The translations under genes and the position numbers were made by a program. 64,000 nt of DNA. Source: Candidatus Micrarchaeia archaeon. GTDB taxonomy: Archaea > Micrarchaeota > Micrarchaeia > Anstonellales > VGKX01. The DNA is taken from NCBI GenBank assembly GCA_041650395.1, contig JBAZLG010000003.1, positions 310,917 to 374,916 of the forward strand, given 5' to 3'. This document shows, one piece after another, positions 20,383 through 28,606 of this stretch (position 1 is the stretch's first letter; every line of letters starts with the position of its first letter). Under the pieces are notes generated by a model, which was given only the letters and a program-made list of their open reading frames with translations, ran no database searches and was not told the origin of the DNA.

Positions 20383-21363
20383 CTATTCATGGTAGTCCGA
20401 GCCTGTTTCGCCGCGGAAAATGTCCTTGAGCTTTTCTATGTAGGGCGAGGCCATGATTGCGTAATTGCTGTTCTCCTCGACCGACCGCGCCAGGCATTCC
20501 ATCGACTTGGAGTAGTCGCCCGAATCAAAATAGAAAAGCCCCATGTTGTAAAGCGCGCCCGCGTAGTGCGGCCCTTTCTTCGCAAGCGCCTTCTCGAGAT
20601 AGCTAAACGCCTCCTCGCGGAAGCCCAGAATGGCAAGCGCCGCGCCAAGCTTCGTGATGGCGTCATAGTCGTCCGGGTCAAGCACGTGGGCGTACATGAA
20701 ATCGTCCACCGCCATGCTCGAGTGGCCGCAGGCGAGATGGCACTGGCCCCTGCGCATGTGCGCCTCCCTGTTGTCCTTGTCAAGCCTTATGATTTCCGTG
20801 AAGGATTTTATCGCGCCCTCAAAGTCGTCGGTGAAATACTGCGACATGGCAAGATAGGAGAGAGCCTTCTTGTAGAATGTCGGCTTTGATGCGGACAGGC
20901 CGTGCATCTGGATGGTCTTGACAGCCTCGTTCAGGTAGACCGCCGCCTCATCGTACTTCTCCTTCCTGTAAAGGAGCGCGCCTATGAAAAGCGAGGCTGA
21001 AAAATCATAGTCATAGAGCCAGTGCATGTCCTTTGCAAGCTCAATTGCCTTGTCTGGCTTGCCGGACCTGTCGAGGCAGATGATTGCGTTTTTCAGGTCC
21101 CTTGCGGGAAGCCTGGCGTCCAGCTTGAACGCCTCGATATAGTCGGCGGCGGCAAGGCCGTACTGCCCGAGCCTCTGGTATGCCATTGCCCGAGCTGTCA
21201 GGCTTTCGTGGGTTTTAGCAAGGGCTATGCTCTCGTTGGCGTCCTTGAGCCTGTTGAAATTCCTCTCGAATATCGACTGGACGCGCATGTGCCTTGCTGA
21301 ATCATTGCCCTGCCCGCTGGAAGGCGCAGGCTGCATGTTTGGATTCGCGCTTGCCATAACCAT
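20383..21363 (-). CDS. Tetratricopeptide repeat protein, paralog of 19367-20347
   Basis: TPR-like helices (RAMAYQRLGQYGLAAADY, ALYNMGLFYFDSGDYSKS); start codon uncertain (ATG 21363 or 21357). Confidence 0.82.
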   Translation of the reverse strand: MVMASANPNMQPAPSSGQGNDSARHMRVQSIFERNFNRLKDANESIALAKTHESLTARAMAYQRLGQYGLAAADYIEAFKLDARLPARDLKNAIICLDRSGKPDKAIELAKDMHWLYDYDFSASLFIGALLYRKEKYDEAAVYLNEAVKTIQMHGLSASKPTFYKKALSYLAMSQYFTDDFEGAIKSFTEIIRLDKDNREAHMRRGQCHLACGHSSMAVDDFMYAHVLDPDDYDAITKLGAALAILGFREEAFSYLEKALAKKGPHYAGALYNMGLFYFDSGDYSKSMECLARSVEENSNYAIMASPYIEKLKDIFRGETGSDYHE

Positions 21364-21494
21364 TTTCGGATAAACACATATATAAACATACAGTAACACA
21401 AGCCGCGCCGGTGTTATTTCATAAAAAGCGGAAAATCATGAGATTGGGATAGGCTTAAAACCAGGGCAAGGCAAAGTGGGTTTCAGGTAAGGAA

Positions 21495-23546
21495 ATGCAA
21501 ATTGTCTATCCAGGGCACGCGACCGAAGGCGCGCTTTTTGGCATTGAATGGCTGGCAAGCGGGTTTGCAGGCAGTTATTCCTCCACAACCGCGCCGGGAG
21601 CCAACACGAGAAAATACCACGGCGTGCTTGCGGCGCCAGACCCGTCAGGCCTTCCAAAGAGATGGCTGATACTCCAGAAGCTTGACGAGAGGATAACGCC
21701 CCCGGAAGGCGCGGCACTCGAACTCGACACCAATTTCTACCCGGGCGCGGTATATCCGCAGGGGTACAAGAGCCTGCAAAAAATTTCCATGGGCGCGCAC
21801 GCAATAAGGTTCTCCTATTCCACCCGGCTTGGGAAAATTGAAAAGGAAATCCGCATGGTAGAAGGCGGCATGGCCGCCAAGGTTTCCTATTCTTTCGACC
21901 TGCAGGCGGAATCACGCATTGAATTAATCCCTAAATTCAACCACAGGCAGATACACTCGATTGGCGGCGCGTGCAGGCAGGAGTGCGATTTCCACACCTA
22001 CGGGTTTGGCACGAAAAACGGGCTGCTTGACATGCTGTCGCCAGACATGCGGTTTTCCCCAAAAGAGGAGACATTCAGGTCGTGCACGTATCCGCTTGAG
22101 AGGGAGAGGGGCTATGAGTTTTCAGAGGACCTTTATTCCCCCGGCGTTTTCATGGAATATGCCAAGTCTGGCAGGTTCTCCATATACGCGAGGGCATTTT
22201 ACAGGGACACGGCGGCCCACAACAATGACGGGAAGGCCTATGCGCAGGCCATGGCAGGAAAGGGCGCGGGATTGAAAAAAGGCAATGGCAAGCCGCCCGG
22301 GGCGCTGGCATGGGAGAGCAAAAGCCCGGACTGGTTTGCTGCGGGGCTTGAGGAGTCATGCGCAAAATTCATAACCGCCATGCCAAACGGGCAGGTAACC
22401 GCGCTTGCGGGCTATCCGTGGTTTTACGAGTGGAGCCGCGACGCAATGGTTTTCATTGACGGCGCCCTCCTCCCCTTCGGCAGGATGGGGATTGCGCGGG
22501 AAATACTTATCCATTTCGCCTCAATGCAGGAGAATGGCCTTGCACCGAACACTAGAGATTACGGCAGGGGCGGCGACAGGGCGGGAAGCGTTGATTCCAC
22601 GCTCTGGCTCATGTACGAGGCCCTGCTTTACATGAGAAAGTCCAATGACCCCCGCTTCGCGCAAATGCTTTGCCCGCATATAATGCAGGGCATAGGGGCG
22701 TACCTGAAAGGCAATGACGGGTTTGGCGCTGACGCCAAGGACCTGCTTGTGGAAACGCGGCAGGGCGGACTGACATGGATGGACGCTAGGGATGCCGCGG
22801 GCGCCGCGTTCACGCCAAGGATTGGAAAGCCCGTGGAAGTCAATGCCCTTTGGCACAACTGCCTTGCGCTTGCCGCAGGATGCCAGTGGATGAAACCGGA
22901 GGAGAGGGCGAATTTCTCGGCAATGGCGGACGAGACAGGAAGGCAGATGGGGAAGTTTTATGACAGGGAGAGGGCATGCCTGAAGGACGTGCTTGGCAAA
23001 GCCGAGTTCGAGATGCGCCCGAACCAGGCAATAGCCCTCGGTCTTGAGATAAACCCGTTTGGCAGGGAAGAGACTGCAAACTCGATAGAGGCAGTTGAAA
23101 AGGAGCTTTTGACGCCTTACGGCCTGCTCTCGCTCTCAAGGCAGGGCAAGGGGTTCATAGGCATTTACAGGGGAGGACAGCAGGAGCGCGACAGGGCCTA
23201 CCACAACGGCGCCATCTGGCCGTACCTCCTAGGATTCCACTTCAGCGCGAAAAAGAACGCGGGGATAATATGCAAGAAAAGGAAAATCGGGATGGACGGG
23301 TGTTACAGCGTAGAGGAGTTCCAGAAGAAATTCGACATTGTCCCGGTTCCCGGCAGCCAGCAATGGCGCCATGACGGCGGGCTAGAATTCTTCAACCCGC
23401 TGAAAAAGTCAATCGGCTCGTATGGGGCAGGGCACGTGCCGGAGCTGTATGAGCCTGACACGCGCATGCCCGCAGGCTCGCCTTTCCAGGCATGGTCGGA
23501 CGCGCAGGTGCTCAAGGCCTACTCTATCTGCCTTGGGACAATTTAG
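21495..23546 (+). CDS. Glycogen debranching enzyme (amylo-alpha-1,6-glucosidase, GH133 type)
   Basis: NTRKYHG, AGYPWF.EW.RD, SVDSTLW, LTWMDA, TPRIGKPVEVNALW, RPNQ, LLTPYGL.SL, AYHNG.IWP, ELYE...FQAWS. Confidence 0.93.
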   Translation: MQIVYPGHATEGALFGIEWLASGFAGSYSSTTAPGANTRKYHGVLAAPDPSGLPKRWLILQKLDERITPPEGAALELDTNFYPGAVYPQGYKSLQKISMGAHAIRFSYSTRLGKIEKEIRMVEGGMAAKVSYSFDLQAESRIELIPKFNHRQIHSIGGACRQECDFHTYGFGTKNGLLDMLSPDMRFSPKEETFRSCTYPLERERGYEFSEDLYSPGVFMEYAKSGRFSIYARAFYRDTAAHNNDGKAYAQAMAGKGAGLKKGNGKPPGALAWESKSPDWFAAGLEESCAKFITAMPNGQVTALAGYPWFYEWSRDAMVFIDGALLPFGRMGIAREILIHFASMQENGLAPNTRDYGRGGDRAGSVDSTLWLMYEALLYMRKSNDPRFAQMLCPHIMQGIGAYLKGNDGFGADAKDLLVETRQGGLTWMDARDAAGAAFTPRIGKPVEVNALWHNCLALAAGCQWMKPEERANFSAMADETGRQMGKFYDRERACLKDVLGKAEFEMRPNQAIALGLEINPFGREETANSIEAVEKELLTPYGLLSLSRQGKGFIGIYRGGQQERDRAYHNGAIWPYLLGFHFSAKKNAGIICKKRKIGMDGCYSVEEFQKKFDIVPVPGSQQWRHDGGLEFFNPLKKSIGSYGAGHVPELYEPDTRMPAGSPFQAWSDAQVLKAYSICLGTI

Positions 23547-23574
23547 AAAAAAATAATTCGCTTTTTTAGATGCC

Positions 23575-23615
23575 TGCCCGCGCCTACGGGCAGATTGTTT
23601 GCGCGCGTGGCAGGC
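23575..23615. terminator. GC-rich hairpin between convergent genes
   Basis: CTGCCCG-cgccta-CGGGCAG stem in the gap between the convergent debranching-enzyme and Pop5 genes, next to A/T runs. Confidence 0.3.
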
Positions 23616-23969
23616 TCAAGCCGTTTTCTTTGGGACAGATATTGCCGCGTCTTCAAGAAGCTTTTTCAGGCTGCCCGACGAGCGCAGGATTTGAAGGCGC
23701 GCCCTTTTGCCCTGTATAGCCCCGGAAATGGCAAGGCAGCCAAGCGCTTTCCTGTGCATCGCGTTTGAAACGCGGAAAACGCCCTTTTTAGATTCCATGT
23801 CGAGCCCGATTTTCTTGAAGCGCGCCCTGCTCATGCCAAGCGAGCCCAGGAAGGAGAACAATGAATTTGAAACGTGGTCCCATGCCTGGCCGGGGCTGAT
23901 TGAAGCCCTGTCAGGCCCGACTATCTTGAAGGCCACATACCTTTTTTTCGGATACAACGCCTTTGCCAT
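23616..23969 (-). CDS. rnp2: RNase P protein component 2 (Pop5/Rpp14)
   Basis: KKRYVAF...LFSFLG..G...GVFRV...SSGSLKK; conserved rpl15e-rpp30-pop5 order. Confidence 0.88.
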   Translation of the reverse strand: MAKALYPKKRYVAFKIVGPDRASISPGQAWDHVSNSLFSFLGSLGMSRARFKKIGLDMESKKGVFRVSNAMHRKALGCLAISGAIQGKRARLQILRSSGSLKKLLEDAAISVPKKTA

Positions 23970-24041
23970 GATTACACCGGAATTTGACTTCGGGAAATTT
24001 CAATGAAGGCCGGAAATGGCAGCAAGCTGCCTGATTGGCCT

Positions 24042-24545
24042 TCACTCCCCCGTACCCTCCTGTACTGGTTTTTCCTTTTCCAGGTATATGTTCGCGATTG
24101 ATATGGCCTGCTTTGCCTTGGCCTCTTCCATGCCAAGCAGCAAGCCGAAGAAGACAAGCTCGCGTTCGGACGGGGCCATGAATTCCTCCCGCGCCATAGA
24201 GCACAGGATTACGCGCGCGCCTTCCTTCTTGCACGCCTTGATGAACAGCCGCGCCATGCCCAGCTTTTTTGCGATTGAAAACGGGCGGTTCTCGCCGCCC
24301 ATGACGAAATCGGAGAGCGGGAACGCGAAAGCGCCGTTGTTTTGCGCCACAGCCTTTATGGCCCCCGGGTCAAGCTCGTAGGATTTCAGGAAAAAAACAA
24401 GGGGCTTTTTTGCCATGTTGCCCAGGCTCTTGGCGTCCGCTGCGTAGATTATCCTGCTTTTGCAGTCATTGGCATTGTAAACAGACGAATAGCCGAGCTG
24501 GCGCAATGTGCCAATGTGCGTGAGAGCAATGTCGTAATATGCCAT
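24042..24545 (-). CDS. rnp3: RNase P protein component 3 (Rpp30)-like, short and divergent
   Basis: Starts MAYYD; LDPGAIKAVAQN.GAF.F, ILCSMA....MAPSERE...FG.LLGM resemble the Rpp30 C-terminal half; lies between rpl15e and pop5. Confidence 0.65.
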   Translation of the reverse strand: MAYYDIALTHIGTLRQLGYSSVYNANDCKSRIIYAADAKSLGNMAKKPLVFFLKSYELDPGAIKAVAQNNGAFAFPLSDFVMGGENRPFSIAKKLGMARLFIKACKKEGARVILCSMAREEFMAPSERELVFFGLLLGMEEAKAKQAISIANIYLEKEKPVQEGTGE

Positions 24546-24639
24546 GATGACCAAGGGATATGCGCTGGAAAGAATAAAAAGCGGATTAAACGCCAGGAAA
24601 AAATGAAATTGAAAAAAAGAAAAAAGTGAAGGCAGGCCT

Positions 24640-25152
24640 TCAAGCCTGCTCGTAGCCATTGCCCCTGCCCCTCAAGCCCCTGTGCTTTTTGCCCGAGGAT
24701 GTCAGGCCCCTGAAGCCCCTGCCCATGTGCCTGTCTGTGCCATAGTAGACTTCGGAATCGAACATGAGGACTTCAAAGAACTGGTACTGCCCGTCCCTGC
24801 CAACGAAGTAGGAGTTGAGGACGTCCATGTTCCTGTAGCGCCTTGACGCCTTTTCCTCGGCTATTGCCTTGTAGGACTTGCCCGGGACGCGGTAGGCGGC
24901 GTTCTTTGCCGGCTTCCTTCCACCCCACGGGTGCGGCCTCTTCCTCTGGCCCCTGCCGGTCTTTACCCTGACGACGATTATGCCCTGCTTCGCCTTGTAG
25001 CCAAGCGAGCGTGCGCGCGCGAGGTTGGTGGGCTTTTCTACCCTGACAACCGTCGGCCCGCGCCTCCAGGTGGTAACGCGTTTCCTGTATTCGGGCGAGC
25101 GTTCCTTGTATTCCTTTTGGAAAGCCTCGCTAATGTACTTGTACATTCCCAT
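24640..25152 (-). CDS. rpl15e: 50S ribosomal protein L15e
   Basis: MGMYKY, WRR..TVVRVEKPTNLARARSLGYKAKQG, VLNSY.VG.DG.Y.FFEV, GR.FRGLTSSGKK.RGL. Confidence 0.97.
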   Translation of the reverse strand: MGMYKYISEAFQKEYKERSPEYRKRVTTWRRGPTVVRVEKPTNLARARSLGYKAKQGIIVVRVKTGRGQRKRPHPWGGRKPAKNAAYRVPGKSYKAIAEEKASRRYRNMDVLNSYFVGRDGQYQFFEVLMFDSEVYYGTDRHMGRGFRGLTSSGKKHRGLRGRGNGYEQA

Positions 25153-25295
25153 TCCAATCACCGTTGTGTTTTTTTGCCCCTTTTTAATTCGTTAATAGGG
25201 CTAGGCATCAAGACAATCAATGGACCAATCAAGGTTCAAGGCGAATCAATGCGCGAATCGGTTCAGGTAACGAACCCCACATTCCGAAAAGCTTC
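25153..25295 (-). ncRNA. Candidate eL15 ribosomal-protein leader (structured 5' UTR)
   Basis: About 140 nt leader between a TATA box (25315-25323, minus strand) and the rpl15e start; contains GGAAUGUGG-hairpin-CUGAACC (25260-25285), resembling, from memory, the conserved elements upstream of archaeal rpl15e. Confidence 0.5.
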
Positions 25296-25314
25296 AGGAT
25301 ATACGAATCAAGGG

Positions 25315-25323
25315 TATTTAAAA
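25315..25323 (-). promoter_or_regulatory. TATA box of the rpl15e-rnp3-rnp2 operon
   Basis: TTTTAAATA on the minus strand upstream of the leader. Confidence 0.55.
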
Positions 25324-25376
25324 GTAGCGGGGCAACCTAAAAGTAAATAAAGAGGAAATAGCGAATTAATGATGGG

Positions 25377-25511
25377 ATGAATATGGACAAAAAGAACTCC
25401 ACAATTCTATCTGGCAAACAACTTGAGAGATACATAAACTCCGTTGACAAGGCCATTGAAAAAAGTTTTGCCGCTAACAAAAAGGCGCTGGAATACCTGG
25501 CCAAGAGATAG
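25377..25511 (+). CDS. Small ORF (42-44 aa), antitoxin-like C-terminal helix
   Basis: MNMDKKNSTILSGKQLERYINSVDKAIEKSFAANKKALEYLAKR*; below the ORF-track cutoff; ending resembles Doc-partner antidote C-termini. Confidence 0.5.
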   Translation: MNMDKKNSTILSGKQLERYINSVDKAIEKSFAANKKALEYLAKR

Positions 25512-25651
25512 TGCAACCTCCATGGAATTCAGAGAGCACCGAAAAAATCAGGCAAGACACTGGAAATGTCTCTAGCAACTCTTTTTAAATAGGAAAAAGC
25601 AAGTTGAATCCAGGAAAGGGAGGATAGCTTATTCCGCATAGGTGCGACTTA

Positions 25652-27187
25652 ATGCAAATAACCGAGATAGTCAATCACGAATCAATAACAAACTTTGCCG
25701 AAAGATTGTCTAACTATTACTCCAATGAAAAGAAGGGGACAAACAAGAAAGAAAAAGGACAATATTTTACGCCTGCGAGTATCGCGGCATACATGGCATC
25801 ACTCGCTGATGTTCAATCCGAATCGATAAAAATACTTGATCCGGGAGCAGGTCTTGGGATACTTTCAGTTGCATTAATAGAAAAAATAAGAGAAAAAAAC
25901 AAGCGGCTAATCAATGTAGAATTGACATTATACGAGAACGACGAAAAAATTATACCTTACTTAAACGAAGTAATGAATATAATGAAGAAAAGACTTTCGA
26001 AATATAATGTAGGATTTAATTACGAAGTCAGACAAGAAGACTTCGTTGCATCTAATGTAAAATACATAACACCAAAACTTAATTCTTTTAACGAAGCGGA
26101 ATATCCGAAATACGATATAATAATATCTAACCCGCCTTATTTTAAAATAAATAAAAAAGAAATTGAAACCTACGGAATCGAGCAAATAACTGCAGGCCAG
26201 CCAAACATATACTACATTTTCATGGCAATTGCGACAAACATGCTAAGCAATGAAGGCCAAATGATATTCATTACACCAAGAAGCTTTTGCTCTGGGTTGT
26301 ATTATAGCAGTTTTAGGAATTGGCTAATCAAAAGAGTCCATTTCTCACAGGTCCACATATTCAAATCCAGGAAAAACGTGTTTGCAAAAGACAAGGTACT
26401 ACAGGAGAATGTGATAACCAAATTTACAAAGACCAAGCCACTAAAGATTGTCATGTCTACAAGTGAAGGAAGAGACATGGACGAGATAAAAAAAACAGAA
26501 GTAAATGAAGACGACATAATCTACAAATCTAACGGGCACATATTCTTCAGGTTGCCTGCGGATAAGGAAGAACTTGCAATAATAAGAAAACTGGACAAAT
26601 TGCCGATGAATTTCTACAAACTAGGGTACAAAATATCAACAGGAAAAGTAGTAGCCTTTAGAAATAGTGAATATTTGAAAAAAGAGATTGGTGAAAAAGA
26701 CATTCCGTTGATATGGATGCATAACATAAGAAATATGAGGATACTCTGGCCGAGCGAGAAAAATGGGAAGGCTAGGGCGATAGAAAAAAACGAAAAAACA
26801 AAAAAATTGCTAATAGAAAACGGCAATTACGTTGTTATGAAAAGATTTACCACAAAGGAACAGAAAAAAAGATTTGACGTTGCGCTTGTCACAGATGAAG
26901 ATTTTAAAAAACAAGGATATTTTGCATTAGACAATATGCTAAATTACATATATTGCCCTGGCAAAAAGCTGAATAGGGAAACAATAAGTGGCATTGCAGA
27001 ATATTTATCTCTCCCAATAGTGGACAGATATTTTAGGATATTAAACGGCCATACTCAGGTCAATGCAAATGAAGTCTACGCGCTTCCATTTCCAGAAGCA
27101 AAAAAATTAGAAAAAATAGGAAAGAACACTGATAAATTTGCTAATGAAAAACAGGAAAGAATATTGGAACAAATATTAACAAATTAG
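25652..27187 (+). CDS. Type II N6-adenine DNA methyltransferase (Eco57I/BsuBI-PstI-like, gamma class)
   Basis: GQYFTP, ILDPGAGLG (SAM binding), IISNPPY (catalytic), ITPRSFCSG.Y, C-terminal YFR.LNGHTQVNA. Confidence 0.93.
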   Translation: MQITEIVNHESITNFAERLSNYYSNEKKGTNKKEKGQYFTPASIAAYMASLADVQSESIKILDPGAGLGILSVALIEKIREKNKRLINVELTLYENDEKIIPYLNEVMNIMKKRLSKYNVGFNYEVRQEDFVASNVKYITPKLNSFNEAEYPKYDIIISNPPYFKINKKEIETYGIEQITAGQPNIYYIFMAIATNMLSNEGQMIFITPRSFCSGLYYSSFRNWLIKRVHFSQVHIFKSRKNVFAKDKVLQENVITKFTKTKPLKIVMSTSEGRDMDEIKKTEVNEDDIIYKSNGHIFFRLPADKEELAIIRKLDKLPMNFYKLGYKISTGKVVAFRNSEYLKKEIGEKDIPLIWMHNIRNMRILWPSEKNGKARAIEKNEKTKKLLIENGNYVVMKRFTTKEQKKRFDVALVTDEDFKKQGYFALDNMLNYIYCPGKKLNRETISGIAEYLSLPIVDRYFRILNGHTQVNANEVYALPFPEAKKLEKIGKNTDKFANEKQERILEQILTN

Positions 27188-27201
27188 GCAGGGGTTGTTT
27201 C

Positions 27202-28131
27202 ATGAGGAAAGTTGACGATGCACTGGAAATCTTGAGAGAGCTTAACGTGCCAAGAAAACAACAGAATGAAAGGACAGCCCTGACTCTATTGGCTTTACTC
27301 TCGCTAAAAAACAACAAGCCTTGGAAAAGTGCCAAGAAAACTTTGATAAGAATACATGACATCATGATTTTCATAAAAAATGAATACAAGAAGAAATACG
27401 CAGAAAACACCAGAGAAACAATAAGAAGACAAAGCCTTCACCAACTGGAAAAAGAAGTAGGAATTGTTGAAAGAAATTCAGATGACCCAACAAGACCAAC
27501 AAACAGCCCAAATACAAAATGGGCGGTTACAAAAGAGGCACTTGAAACAATAAGAAGCTACGGGACAAAACAATGGAAAAAGAATGTGGACAATCTGATG
27601 CAAAAGCGAGGAAGAAGTGAAAGCTCCGGCTGGCAACGCGCAAAACCCGCACAAGGAGTAATTATAGATGAGAAGGAATATCCCTTGTCGCCAGGAAAAC
27701 ATAATAAACTCCAAATAGACATAATTGGAAACTTCAGGGAAATTTTTTGCAAAGACGCAGAAGTGCTTTATTTCGGTGACACCGCTAAGAAAATGCTCTT
27801 CTTAAATGAAAAGAAATTGAAGGAGATAGGACTGAAGATAACAAAACATGAAATATTGCCAGACATTGTCCTACTGGACAATGCCAAAAATAGACTTTAT
27901 CTTATAGAAGCAGTTACATCACATGGCCCAGTATCAAAGAAGAGACAAATTGAATTGACAGAGTACTTCGCAAAAGTCGGCTTTAAAAAAATTTTTGTCA
28001 GCGCTTTCCCCGACTTTAAAGAATTCAAAAGGCATATAGATGACATCGCTTGGGAAACAGAAGTGTGGATAGCTGAAATGCCGGAGCACATGATTCATTT
28101 CAACGGCGACAAGTTCCTAAAAATAGACTGA
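27202..28131 (+). CDS. BsuBI/PstI-family type II restriction endonuclease
   Basis: YAENTRETIRRQ, PTNSP, LSPGKHN.LQ, YFGDT, LPDIVL...LIEAVTSHGP, IAWETEVWIAE.PEHMIHFNG.KFL. Confidence 0.93.
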   Translation: MRKVDDALEILRELNVPRKQQNERTALTLLALLSLKNNKPWKSAKKTLIRIHDIMIFIKNEYKKKYAENTRETIRRQSLHQLEKEVGIVERNSDDPTRPTNSPNTKWAVTKEALETIRSYGTKQWKKNVDNLMQKRGRSESSGWQRAKPAQGVIIDEKEYPLSPGKHNKLQIDIIGNFREIFCKDAEVLYFGDTAKKMLFLNEKKLKEIGLKITKHEILPDIVLLDNAKNRLYLIEAVTSHGPVSKKRQIELTEYFAKVGFKKIFVSAFPDFKEFKRHIDDIAWETEVWIAEMPEHMIHFNGDKFLKID

Positions 28132-28155
28132 CAAAAATAGCAAGAGGAAAAATTA

Positions 28156-28590
28156 ATGGGAAGGAACGAGATAAATGAATCGCTAAAAGATATAGCAACT
28201 CTTCTAGCAAAATACATAATCACAGCATTTGTATTTACTGCACTAGGAATCATTTTGATAATGCTTGTTCTTGGAATAAACCTACAGGAAATAAGAGAAA
28301 AAATAATGGGAGCATATGTAGTGAATATCGTAGCTGGCGCTGTTATTGTATTAGTGATGGCGAAATATGAAAAAAATAGAGAATTAACTTGGAAACTCGC
28401 AGGTCTTACCCTGTTAATAGTAATTTTTGCAGGGTTAGCTATTGGACAAATTATCGAATATAAAACTGTTCAAATCGACTACCTATTAGGACTAGTTAGC
28501 AGTTTAGTTATTGCATTTACTCTGTTAGGAATAACAAAAGATACTAATAATATGAATTCCTCTGCTCCCTCATCTCCTTCTGAGAAATAA
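28156..28590 (+). CDS. Hypothetical membrane protein (about 4 TM helices)
   Basis: Four hydrophobic segments; same low-GC composition and orientation as the RM genes. Confidence 0.7.
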   Translation: MGRNEINESLKDIATLLAKYIITAFVFTALGIILIMLVLGINLQEIREKIMGAYVVNIVAGAVIVLVMAKYEKNRELTWKLAGLTLLIVIFAGLAIGQIIEYKTVQIDYLLGLVSSLVIAFTLLGITKDTNNMNSSAPSSPSEK

Positions 28591-28606
28591 GGGAGGTTTG
28601 GAGAAC

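Larger units (their letters stand above)
25330..28600. other. Low-GC, A-rich horizontally acquired defence island
   Basis: Abrupt switch to AT-rich sequence and A-ending codons relative to GC-rich flanks; carries the RM pair; no integrase or att repeat seen. Confidence 0.75.

Noticed and set aside
25330..28600. Integrative element or IS carrying the RM genes
   Set aside because: No integrase or transposase, no flanking direct or inverted repeats and no tRNA target seen; only the composition shift supports transfer.
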